Program-made: the position numbers and the translations under genes
In this document: piece after piece, positions 25,201-35,930 of the stretch
Position numbering within the stretch: position 1 is the first letter of the stretch
Layout: every line of letters starts with the position of its first letter
Notes under the pieces: generated by a model
The model's input: the letters and a program-made list of their open reading frames with translations, nothing else
Told to the model about the DNA's origin: nothing
Databases searched by the model: none
Assembly (NCBI GenBank): GCA_002633005.1
Contig: NMRA01000214.1
Location: forward strand, 612,090-676,089
Length of the DNA stretch: 64,000 bases
DNA from: Phoronis australis
Lineage: Eukaryota; Animalia; Phoronida
Direction: 5' to 3'

Positions 25201-28200
25201 TCCTATAGGCAAATTTTTGCGCAAATGGCTGTATCTCCTAAACAGTTTGCAGGATCGTTATTAAGTTTAGCAAGTGCATTTATATGATGTTGTCAATGCA
25301 CGATGACCACTTTCGCACAGATCGAACTATCGGTGCGCCCCCTAGTTTTTACGTTAACCTCTGTATCTTCAAAGGTCCTCAACGTATTTTCATTAAATTT
25401 AAAATATATGCATCTATTGGGGGAGATGACGCTATCCGGCTACCGTTTTCGGATGGATTCGATGTATTTTGCGCCACCTAGTGGCCGTTTTTACTGTTTT
25501 CGAGTCTGTGTTTTAGTGTCCACCCTTCTATCAACCAAACCACTTCAAGGATGACTGAAAATTGGCATGTATGTTCTTGCTACAAAGAGGATGGCTGACG
25601 ATGATTTTCCGACGACTTCGACTACTGTGGCGCCTCCAAGTAGCATTTTTGTGCCCATGGGTGTATCTCCTAAACATTTGCAGGATCTTTACTAAATTTA
25701 GCAAGTGTATTCATATGATGTTGACATCGGATGATGACGACTTTGGCACGGATCGAACCACCGATGTGCCCCCTAGTGGCAATTTTAGTTTTTTACATTT
25801 ACATCTGTATCTTCAAAGGTCCTCAAGGTATTTTCATAAAATTTGAAATGTAATCGTCTATTGGTGAGATGACGCCATCCTCCCATTTTCAGATTGGTCT
25901 GAGGTATTTATATGAAGCTAACAATAGACCACGACTTTGACTCGGACTCTGCGACTCCTAGTTGAAATGTCACTTTTTCTGTTTTCCTTTGTTTCTCTGA
26001 AGTTCCTTGACAGATTTTTATGAAATTTGGTAAATACATGTAGCTTTCTACTAAACAAGCGATGGCATGTCTGCCTTTTAGATGGATTGGACGTTTTGCG
26101 CCATCTGGTGGCCATTTTTACGATACAAATGAGCAACTCTAGAAACATACCCTTTGTGGTGCATTCGTGAGCGCATTTCAACGCTCCACGTTGCTCTTGT
26201 TATATGAAAGTGTGTACTGGCTGTGAAGACGTTGGCAGTTAAAGATAACTACACCTTCTTGACTATTTAGACCTTACTTCAGTTTTTCAACAAATAAATA
26301 GTACTAAAATGGTATTTAGCCATGCGTTATTTAAAAACAATGATTTTTGGAAAGTTTGGCAGCACGGAAGTCTGTAAAGTTCAATTTAATTTTTTACATA
26401 AAGTATCTCATTACAGTTTGTTTCTGTACTTGCTTAAACGTTTTCACTTCAGGTCTCGGACTTGGCATTTCCTACACTCCAATCATTACAAGTATCGGAT
26501 ACTACTTTGACAAGTATAGGACTATGGCTGCTGCCGTGAGCAGCATTGGTGCTGGTGTGGGCACGTTCGTTTTCGCGCTAATTACCCAGACTCTCGCGGA
26601 CATGTACGATTGGAAAGGAGCCATTTTGTTGATAGGTGGAATTCAACTACATTTGTGCATCTGCGGGGCACTGATTCGCCCACTCGAAGATGTCACTATT
26701 GAGAAGAAAACACTTAGGGAGCCGAAGGATGATACTTTTAATTCTTTGAAGGGAGTTGAAGTAGAGGAAAAGATTCACCAAGCAAGAGGCGATGGGAACC
26801 TGTATAAAAATGGTCAATTTTATATTATTGCATTCAGTATCCTGTTTACAACCTTAGGACAATTCATTGTATACATTCACTTGTCGGCGTACGCGGTGAC
26901 AGTCGGTACAACTCCTAACGATGCTGCGTTTTTGGCTGCAGTCGTTGGGATAACAAGCCTGATTGGACGTTTCGTTTTTTCGTGTTCCGCCACCGATGTC
27001 AAAATAGGAAGCTTGCTCATGTACGCCGGCTCACTGGGTGTGAATGGCTTACTTTTGTTATTAACTCCGTTATTAATGCCGGAATATTGGGGACAACTAG
27101 TGGTCGCTTGCCTGTTCGGTTTCTACGGCAACGGCTGGATTCCTTTGTTGACCCCGCTAAACGTGGACTATCTTGGACTCCATATGCTGACGTTAGCTTT
27201 TGGGGGTGAGATGCTCATGTCTGGGATAGGAAGCCTTTTAGGACCCCCTCTGGCGGGTAAGACTATTCTAACGTTTATCTTACATAGCTCAATAATTTAA
27301 TCAGGTAAAAATTTTGCACCTGAGATATCAGCATTTTAGACACCACCTTTTGAATAATTGCATTGAATATTTTTGAATTGTGCATATACGTCTTTTTCAA
27401 ATTAGCCTTCAATCTTTTTCATTAGGACCATTTATTATTTATTGCAGACGACATTCTATGATTTCCGTGCAGAGGTTGCAAAATTTGGAATAGTCAAGAC
27501 CAGCGCTGCAAAATCTAATGTGACACAAAACTGATATCTTTTTTGAAAAATTCTTTTTCAGCCGTCGCAGTTAAAGTGATGTGGCACGACATGAACAGTA
27601 GTTTTCTGCAGCCTCTAGAGTCGGTGCTTTGCAAAAGAAATCATGCCAGTCGCCTCGCTTCTCAGTCGCTCGTCTTGGCACTGCACAATGTCACGTAATC
27701 ACCCAAGTATTGGTCGGTTTCAGAGAAGAAGACGGATATTCATCAAGCAACGTTAACTGTTTAGCTCGTAATTGTAAATTAGTCTGTCGTGATGTTGTGT
27801 GTGATACAATTAATACAGTGATGACATTGCTGCGGTTTGCCGTATAGCAGCGGTTTGTAAATCATAATATATTTTCAGGATGGCTGTATGACACGACTGA
27901 ATCGTACGAATACGGATTTTATCTTGCTGGTAAGGATTGGTGTACTAAAACCGGTATAGACCGTGTCCGGCATTAAGACCTTCGTCGTTTTTTACAGACG
28001 TTATTTACCTCGTGCTCATCGCGTTCCTAATCCTTTGTTTCAAGCTGTGACAACAAATTGGTCTGAAGCAATAACAATCAAACGAAACATGAATTGCATG
28101 CAGGCGATTTCTTGGACCATCCTGTATATACAGCAAGCACTTTTCCTGTTCAATTTTCCACAAATCCTTGACCCATATAAGTCTCCCAAGCTCGTAGAAA

Positions 28201-28608
28201 AGACATCTTTCTGCTTTCGTTAGCAAGGATTGTTAATGGGCCAAGGTGGAGGACGATCGCAGTGCTTACATTTTCACACGCTCTACTTGGCTAGGTTAAA
28301 TAGCTAGATTGACATGTCAGATCTTTCCATTAACACACAGTCTGACTATTCAGTGAATACTCGAATCACAACCCGTGCCACCGCGTACATAATTATGAAC
28401 TAACATACAGTATGCATCCTGACAAAAATCACGCAAGTTTCCCATGGTAAAAAGGTCAAAGGTCTTAACCTTTTTAACCTCATGAACAGGGATCCTGATA
28501 CTGCTGAGTAGCGGTCTGATGATGACGATTCCACTTCTCCCAAAGAAATCATCAAACGTGGAGGATGACATATCCAGTGAAGGAAAAGAACTCGACATTT
28601 TAGTGTAA
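16026..28608 (+). CDS. SLC16/MCT-family MFS transporter, copy A. Coding exons 16026-16233, 18950-19093, 26453-27256, 27879-27929, 28490-28608; 441 aa
   Basis: All four introns are GT-AG and phase 1, and the exons join into an open 1326-nt frame. SLC16 motifs: DRGYAWVV (D-G-GW TM1), YYFDKYRTMA (YF-K-R-A), WKGAILLIGGIQLHLCICGALIRP, LGPPLAGWLYDTTESY. The exact vertebrate ortholog is not assignable. Confidence 0.93.
17480..17910. mobile_element. Foldback MITE with internal ~21-bp repeats, copy A intron 1
   Basis: TIR cagggttaccatagaat / attctatggtaactttg; units like acgaacctatgaatcacgcat mirrored in the right arm. Confidence 0.8.
18950..19093 (+). CDS. SLC16 copy A coding exon 2 (GPLSGALVNLIGFR...YGFVSG)
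   Basis: ttttcattccag|GA ... G|gtgaga; 144 nt. Confidence 0.92.
19155..19310. mobile_element. ~155-bp palindromic MITE; second copy in reverse at ~56339-56491
   Basis: gcctcccgttcagtaacgctaggacct ... aggtcctagcgtctactgaac. Confidence 0.7.
23178..23995. mobile_element. Non-autonomous TIR DNA transposon (possibly TA-target, Tc1/pogo-like)
   Basis: ccggaggtcctaaagtcgtg, with cctaaagtcgtga repeated, versus cacgactttaggg and catgactttaggtcaccgg; TA near both ends. Confidence 0.55.
24695..26201 (+). mobile_element. HINE (Helentron-associated, DINE-1/pearl-like) with internal ~145-bp repeat array
   Basis: Inserted in a T-run; 5' palindrome atgcgcccacatat-aa-atatgtgggcgcat; GTCC-like microsatellite; tandem monomers; 3' subTIR gtgagcgcat, small hairpin and cttgtt end; empty site in copy B (~46045). 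Confidence 0.8.
26453..27256 (+). CDS. SLC16 copy A coding exon 3 (GLGLGISYTP...LGPPLAG)
   Basis: cacttcag|GT ... G|gtaaga; 804 nt; inside ORF 26347..27300. Confidence 0.95.
27879..27929 (+). CDS. SLC16 copy A coding exon 4 (GWLYDTTESYEYGFYLAG)
   Basis: attttcag|GA ... G|gtaagg; 51 nt. Confidence 0.92.
28490..28608 (+). CDS. SLC16 copy A coding exon 5 (GILILLSSGLMMTIPLLPKK...LDILV*)
   Basis: gaacag|GG; hydrophobic TM12 then an acidic tail; TAA at 28606-28608; conserved in copy B. Confidence 0.82.
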
Positions 28609-29570
28609 GTCTCGTTTCAGCTAAATGACAGGCCTGGGATATATAGTTTTATTTTCTGATACTTTTCTATGGTGCATTGTGAAAACATTTGTAAAACGAT
28701 ACGTTCACAAGTATGAAATGGATTTCGATCACGAAAAAATTCTATGCTGACACCATCACCGATCGAGTTCGGGCAACTCTACAGGTTCGCTAAGTTTAAA
28801 ATCCACAGCTTTCTTCAAAGAAACCATCCAGCTTCAGATGATGTAATTATATTCTCTGGAGATTAAATTGGGAAATCAGGCGTGGACTTGCCCATCATCA
28901 ACATGACTGTAAATAATGGCGACGACAACAATATTTTTTTAATTTTTAGTTCACCGGAATTGAAAAGTTGCTGACTTCGAATGTTGATCGGATTCCTTGC
29001 GGAAATGTCAACATATTTTGTTTTTAATTGATGAGCTCTCTTTTACAAATTCGCTGCTCGTTTTCAGGTCCACTGGGCTTTTCATTTTTCTATGATCACC
29101 TTGGTGCTGTCTTTACTCTTGCACAACGTTCTTGCGTCTTTTCTTTGTGAATTCACAGTCAATGGAGGTCCCTTTCTCCTTCACTTTCTAGGTGACACGA
29201 ATTGTTCAACATTGCTGGCTAAATCGCTAGCGATATTTTTGTCGAAAGGCGATGAACAATTAAGCATATGCACAAATTGAAGAAGAAATGCTTAAAAAAT
29301 CGTACCAAAATTGTTGGTAACCAAATTCAAGCATTTGTGACCATAGCTCTACACTTTTGCTTATCAAGGCGTTATGCGCTGAGAAAAGTCTCAAGGAATG
29401 ATGAATTGCCAGTTCTTTGCAAACCCGGAAATTCCCCATCTGAGGACTAAGGAACAAGACGAGATCAACTTTATAGCGGTCATAAATAGTGTCAATCAAA
29501 AGTTCGCTTGCTGAATGAAACGTGGATTTGTTGCAGCTCGAAACGAAAGGTTAAACCCGTCTCGAGCGGC

Positions 29571-29639
29571 TGTGATTGAATTATAACTTCACTAAGAATT
29601 CAGTTGTGATTGAATTATAACTTCACTAAGACTTCAGTT
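29571..29639. repeat. ~34-bp tandem duplication specific to unit A
   Basis: tgtgattgaattataacttcactaaga.ttcagt twice; single at ~50182. Confidence 0.85.
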
Positions 29640-29786
29640 GGCCATTAGCGACTCGGTATTTTCGTTTCAGGAAGAACATAGCAGAGGAAACGAAACAGCA
29701 AGAAAAAAGAAGCTTAGATGGAACTTAAAGATCACTGAAGCGATGAAACTATGTAAACAAGGAGTGGAACAATACAACGAAAGAGC

Positions 29787-30778
29787 TTAAAGTCCTTCTT
29801 GCAAACTGCCCATGTGGTTCCAGTATCCGAAAATACTTACAACATAAATTCTTATTTTCGACACCCTTTCTTTATATTCTTTTCGCCTTTCTTGCCAAAA
29901 GCGATTTTTTAACAGTATTTGACCCTTCTCTCTAAGCGTATGATTACTGGTTATCATCGGTTATTTCCGTACCCACATTTCCGGCTCATCAGTTCAGGAA
30001 GTTAACTTCTCCTGAACGCCGCCATTTTTTCCTTGTAACTGAATGTGCTATGGCTTGCTCGAAAAGTCTTCATTATTTTGTTTTATTAGTAATATATCGT
30101 GATTCGTTTGCATATGTAGTGTATTTATAGTTTATAGTTAGTGGTCGATGATTTTTTTGGAATGTTACGCGTACTTAGTATGTAAAAATAGCATTGGTGT
30201 TTAGTTCCTTACGTTGGCGGGTCGAACCTAGGAACCAATATGGGTCGAACCAATTCTTTTTCGGTTTTATTTTTTCCTCGTTTTGAAAAAGTACTTTGCT
30301 ATCATCGGAAAGGTAGTACATTCTACTCAGTAAAAATCGAAAAAGTATCAAAATCGGGGCAAGCACTGTAAAGTTATTGCAAGTTCTGTGGCGAAATTTG
30401 GGTCACTTTGTTTGGATCGCGTCGGCCATATTGGAGGACAGCGGGATGAGTTACGAGTTTAAAACTTCAAATGTGTAAATTGTTTTCGCCAACAAATTAC
30501 GGTGAAATTTAGTAAGACATATCTTTACTTACTATTCTGCACGATTTGGCAGTGTTCACCAAATTTCAGCCTCGCTAAACAGGCATTTAGCGAATTATAA
30601 GGCAACTGCGGGGAAGGACTGCCTACCAAGCGACATAATATCCAATGTGTGTAATAGGGAGTACGGGTTTTTAGTTGATTTCTGTTTTTATCTTTCAAAA
30701 TTGACACCAGTGATGCATTAGCTGGTGCAGAACGAAGATTTGTTGAAATTATCAAAACCGGACTTAGTATCCCTTTAA
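29787..30778. mobile_element. Kolobok-like non-autonomous element, degenerate
   Basis: TTAA-agtcc ... ggacttagtatccct-TTAA; right part also present in unit B (~50550-50684). Confidence 0.4.
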
Positions 30779-30889
30779 GCGACTTTCATGACGTCGCTTT
30801 ATAAAGATGGATAGTTCAAGGGTCATGAAGCAGTCAGTGATAGATTTCAAGTTAATTTTTGTTTACTAACTTGCTAGATTCCTTTAATT

Positions 30890-31070
30890 TGTTATACGAT
30901 TTGTTACTGTACATCGTTGTGCCCTACAAAACCTGGGTAAAAATGTTTTAGTTTCCAGGTTAACTGTTACACATTTATACGATTCACTGTACTTCGCTTT
31001 GTCATATGAAACCTGGATGAATGTTTTGCCTTCCAGTTTAACTGTTATAAGTTTGTTTGATGTGTACTGT
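30890..31070. repeat. ~85-bp minisatellite (2 units; 3 units at ~50805-51080)
   Basis: Repeated gtac.tcg..aaacctgg..atgtttt..ttaactgtta..tttatacgat. Confidence 0.7.
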
Positions 31071-31329
31071 AATAAACGATTCATAAAAAAGGCTCGACCT
31101 TCTGCATCCACGAGAAGTAAGCAGATGATTGTGCGTAGATGGAGAGAGAATGAGTAATCCCAGTAATTAATTTGTTATATAAATAAAACAAGTGAAACCT
31201 GTTGTTAATTAGTTCTAAGTAATCTAACAATGAAGAAGAATAACTGTGGTAGCGCCCTCTGTAAGGATTACTTCAATTAATTCACGATAAAGAATCAAAC
31301 GCCCTATCTGCTACTATCCAAGCTGTAGC

Positions 31330-31568
31330 ACTCGATCGTGCTGGCAGTCTTTTTGGTGAATCTTCTAACACACACAGTATTGCGACAATGTACTAGTTGG
31401 TCACAGCACCTCGTGAAGCAACACTTGCAGGCACAAGTATATGTTACTCCTCTTGCTGGTTACAGTCAGCTCTCTTGACGCAACACATGCAGGCAGTATC
31501 TTGCTACCCAGGATTCCTCTTGCTCGTCACAGTCCCTAGTGACGCAACACTTGAAAGCAGTATCCTAG
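31330..31568. repeat. ~60-bp degenerate tandem repeat
   Basis: Repeated gtcacag..tgacgcaacac.tg..gcagtat..tcctcttgct. Confidence 0.7.
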
Positions 31569-31615
31569 TATTCCATGGGCGGTGCATCACTGTGGGCTGG
31601 AGGGGGGGGGGGGGT

Positions 31616-31709
31616 NNNNNNNNNNNNNNNNNNNNNNNNNNNNNNNNNNNNNNNNNNNNNNNNNNNNNNNNNNNNNNNNNNNNNNNNNNNNNNNNNNNNN
31701 NNNNNNNNN
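31616..31709. other. Assembly gap (94 N) after a poly-G run
   Basis: N run. Confidence 1.
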
Positions 31710-31720
31710 TTTTTCGAACT

Positions 31721-31983
31721 TGTGATGCACGACAGACGACCAAAACAAATATGGCTGTCACGTGGGCGGAGCTTAGCGTTGATCTATTGTCTGCTGTACT
31801 GGTGTGCCGACCAACATGTGTTGATTGTTTATACGATTCATCTGAACTCTCCACTCAGTTTGTAAAAGACTCTCTAACTATATTACACAGACCTATTTGT
31901 TAGTATTCCAATATTATCATCAGCCAATATATGTGTTATATCAAATCGCCGCGTTACTGCCTACATAACAATATTGGCGACGA
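31721..31983 (+). mobile_element. Gypsy-type 5' LTR (31721-31970) with primer-binding site (31975-31983)
   Basis: TGTGATG ... CATAACA termini followed by TGGCGACGA; internal region lost. Confidence 0.65.
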
Positions 31984-32313
31984 TGATAAAGAACTACTTT
32001 CATAGCAATGGTTCAACATTTTTACGTGCCTGTACCGAATGGACTTTGGGATAAGAAAATATCACTTTCTGCGCAAATAGCGCCGCGTGGGTGAGATTCT
32101 CAAGTTACTTTTAACTTAAAAGTTTCTTATATTGCTTTCCTCTAAAATCGTATAATATCATGAGTTTTAATTCAGGGTTACGTTTGAATCTATGCACTAG
32201 AAAAATTTTTGTTATGTTGAACACTGGGTCATTTCTCCAATTCTTTGGGTTACGGTCAGTGGCAAGTTAAAAATCCTCTGGGTTTGACAGCCTAGTTTCT
32301 CCACGGCACGTTC

Positions 32314-32991
32314 CCAGCACAGAAGCACGGTTTATCTGCGAATACTCTAGTCTGACGGCATGTAGTTGTCCATGTGTCGCGCGCGCGGCTTGTCTTCACA
32401 GCGCGTGCATGCACTCTCACCGAATCGTGCAACACCACCCACGTCGACACTCAGCGTTCTCTCGCAAGACAACTGACCTCATATTACCGACTTCTCTTAT
32501 ACATGCACAATTTCTGCACGGACTCCTCAAGCTGAGTGCAGTGATGGCTTCGGTAGGGCTTGGCGTACTCAACTTAATTCTTTTGCAGATAGACAAACAG
32601 GCTCAGGCTCGGAACAGGAGCTAGTTCACCATTTCACTACTAACTTTCACATGGTCAAAAATAGAATTGTTTTATTCTTGGTCTTGCTACAACACCAATA
32701 TCAGCTGGTACATCACTCTCGATTGCCCGGTTACGTAATGCTTGTTGACAGGGTTAGATTAGAGCTAGTGTCCTTGTACATAAGCTCCGCCCCAGTTGTC
32801 AATCACTGAGCTGGTGAGCACTCAAGCCGTATGACTTACTGAGGCTTGGTCAAATATAGCTAAAAAACAACTTTGGATTTTCAGAATGATTTTATTTTTC
32901 TTCAGTATACTGTGCATCAAGAATTAAAGATTAGGATGATATGAAAATGTAAAAAACAGTCAAAATTAATTTTTTTGTGTATCCACCTACC
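32314..32991 (-). mobile_element. Kolobok-like non-autonomous element, near-identical to 63331-64000
   Basis: Ends gtgtatccacctacc-TTAA; reverse complement of the window-end copy; may extend further left. Confidence 0.75.
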
Positions 32992-33838
32992 TTAAGTGAG
33001 TTGACCCAGTACAGGTGATTTGCAGAGGCATTATCCTCAATACTGCACATGTTGGCTTGGTTCTGGTCAAGCGAAAACAAGTTTTTTTCACTACCAACCG
33101 CCGTGGAGTATTTTTTACTGTTTCTTTGAAGGGAGATATTGTTAGGCAGTTTCCAAGATACGTTTTCTTGCAGCCCTCAAAATGAGCGCTGCATACTTTA
33201 TGCTACGAAGTCGGAAAGAATTCACTAAGTCGACCTTTGCTACCAGCTCTACCGATGTCTCTGACCCATGTTTAACACAGTTCTTGATCATTGGGAAACA
33301 GGACGTAACTAATTTTTTTATCTCGATAACTGGTATTATAGCATGCCAGGCACACAACACGTATAGCCTCCCTGTGGCCGGTTCGCCTCCACGCTTGCCG
33401 ACGTACTTGTTTACCGACTAAACCACAATGCAACATTCTGACCCATTTCCAATATGGCGGCGTTGCAACTCCGCTATTACCTCATCCAATAGCCTAGCAA
33501 ATTTGCTATGGCGCCGTGAAATCTTTAATGTGCCGAGAAATTCGCTGGAGACTGCAGTGGGATGAGGGATGCACGCCCTCTCGCCCACTTGCGCGCAAAT
33601 AGTGCTACCGTACATGTAGGCCTATAAGCTGGCCTAATGATGACGTTAGGACGACATAGAATCGCGGCGGCGAAATCTCCGCAAAATTCCGATTGTTCAT
33701 CACACGCACGTGCGATAAAAAATTTCCGGTAGTAAGTACAGTGATGCAATGGGGCTATTCTGAGAATTCTCCTCGCGATGTCGCTGCTGTACTAGTGGTG
33801 ATTAAATTGCGCATGCGTCGCTGTCTGCATGTAAACAG

Positions 33839-34760
33839 GTGGTAAAAAGACGTCACGCTAAGCCTTATTATTGTTATTTTCCCTGGTGCAAGTCGGCGAC
33901 AGGTGTTCACAAATTCCCAAAAGACCTAAGGTTACCATATTCGTGGAGAATTGCTGTCAAAAGGGTCAACCAACTGACAAAAAGTGTGTGGATGCCGACG
34001 GAAGCCCCGTGTGTGCTCTTTGCATTTCCATTGGGAGACTACATACTGTAACGTTACTTGGTAAGTTTTTAGCAACCAGTTTCTATCGTCATCGTTCGGT
34101 GATATTATACCCACCAGTTACCCCATTGAATAATTTATTGAGTAGAACTAAGTGTTTCTTTTCGGAAACTCACCCGGGACTCAGATGCCGGGTAGCTTAG
34201 CAGCACATATTCACATACTGTCCTGGGTGGGAATGCGCCCAACATAAGAGGTGTACGGTACGTGACGGTCAAAAGACAAGGGTGTCTTTTTCACAGCAGT
34301 TTCTCTTCAAAGCTATATGCTATGTCGAATAAAATTCTCTAAATGAGTGAGTTTCCTTGTTTTATAGCGGCCCCCAACCAACAGGACTACAAAATTAGTT
34401 ACAGAATTAACACGAATAAGCTAGTCAATAAATGCCGTAGCATTGGACTGGAATAAAAATTGACACCAAGAATGAATTTTACTTGTCGAGATCAGAAGCA
34501 CATTTTAGGTGTCATGAAAAATACACATTATTAAATCACTTTTAGTCTGTTTCACATATTTTAATTCAGATCTTAAATAAGACGTGGGTACAAAGATTAT
34601 TAGTTTATACATATAAACATGAAGATGAAACGTCAAGTATGTTCTGCCTTACAAAAGTAGTTTTGTCTTGTGTTTTCTTTTATAATTTTCTAATATTTCT
34701 CTGACTATTCTGTTACAGGTGAGGGAAACGACTGAAACCAACCGCCTGACCGTCTATTTT
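33839..34760 (+). pseudogene. THAP zinc-finger remnant, two exons (33839-34060, 34719-~34760)
   Basis: CYFPWC..HKFPKD..W..VKR..WMPT, frameshifted RVCSLHF, intron G|gtaag...ttacag, then (R)KRLKPTA*PSI (THAP AVP box). Confidence 0.75.
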
Positions 34761-35489
34761 ACCTTTGGACATAGTGAAAAGCAATCCTTCAGCGATAACC
34801 TGGGATAATTGAACCTAATTCAGAAATTCAGCGCTTAATACATGTACGCCTGATTATGGACTCCGTTGCATTGGGAAAATTACAATTGTTTTTAACAATG
34901 TTGTTTTTTGTTTGTATGTGGTTGTTTAGTTTACCATTTTGTTTTTAATACAATGATATTTTTTTATTCTCGATTCTTGTGCATAGCAGATTCTTATCCA
35001 GCTAGCTACAATATACAAGTTTACACAAAACATAAAATTGTTCAAAGGCCTTCTGAAGAAAGCTCATGCAAACAAAGGGAATATTTCATTTTGATCGCTG
35101 CACAGTTCTATAGGTCAACAGGAAAATGACAATTCGCAAGCGTATTCGGCAATCATTTCAGCTTTATAAAGAAAAAGCAAAACTGCACTGTATGGGGCTT
35201 TAAAACTGAAGAAGTATTGTGCTTTTAATAATTAGTGACAAACCTGCTTGTTGATGAAAAATTTATTCGATCATCAAAGTGTAACATTAACTGGCTTTCT
35301 ACTGACAATAAGACAATCGATGCAGTCACTTAATGTCATTTCCCATAATTTGTGCCAAGTTGAAAAGTTTTTACCATTAGTGTAAAGCCTTTCTTCTAAA
35401 AGGAAAAGTTAATGTCACTCAGTGAGAAAGGACAGGTATTCATACCAGACGCTTGCGGTCTTCATTTCACTGGGATCTAATTTCAATGG

Positions 35490-35930
35490 CCTATAGAAGC
35501 GCTTGTAAAAAAGGTTCAGTTTTGGCACGTGGCTTTCCTTCATGTAACCTCATTCAGCCTCAATAAAATCTATAATTAGATTCTTGTACACACAACAGCA
35601 TATCACTTGACTCGTTTTGTGCCCAAAATCTGACCCTGAACTAGACCAGAGTGTCACTACGTCTTTTTTAGTTTTAGCTTCCGTCCCTCATGCTTCTTCC
35701 AGGAAAGGAAATAAGCTATTGTCCACACATGACTCATTGCCTATGAAAGGGCATCCTCACCAACGAGGCTGACTTGTGTAGCAGACAGATATAGTTCCTC
35801 TTCATACACAAACAATCCACTGGCACATTGTCTTATGGTAACTTAGTACTGCGATTCACATTTCTCCAGGACCACTGACTTTTACATTGCGCCATGTAGC
35901 ACTGCTCGTGTGTGGAAATGCTGTGGGAAG
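35490..35930 (-). pseudogene. YqaJ/lambda-exonuclease-like remnant
   Basis: RAVLHG.., SGLFVYEEELYLSATQVSLVGEDAL (degenerate GLFV..YL.ASPDGLVG), VQGQILGT..AVVCT, PKLNLFYKRFY. Confidence 0.75.

Larger units (their letters stand above)
13900..31130 (+). repeat. Segmental duplication unit A (boundaries approximate)
   Basis: Colinear non-coding similarity with ~40275-51140, from ttatcattgcaatct...accaatcacccc upstream to ttctgcatcc...gagaagtaagcag downstream. Confidence 0.85.

Noticed and set aside
24795-26050. Repeat array as CRISPR or as coding ORFs (25284-25846)
   Set aside because: Monomers are ~145-bp tandem units with no unique spacers, inside a HINE; the ORFs are incidental
31397-31903. 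ORFs spanning X runs
   Set aside because: Artifacts of the N gap
32409-32624. 'Conserved' 71-aa ORF repeated at 63720-63905
   Set aside because: Identity reflects a recent TE copy; the second copy lacks the ATG and is frameshifted at a T-run
33839-34051. Functional host THAP gene
   Set aside because: GTG start, frameshifts and a stop in the AVP box, and it lies inside transposon TIRs
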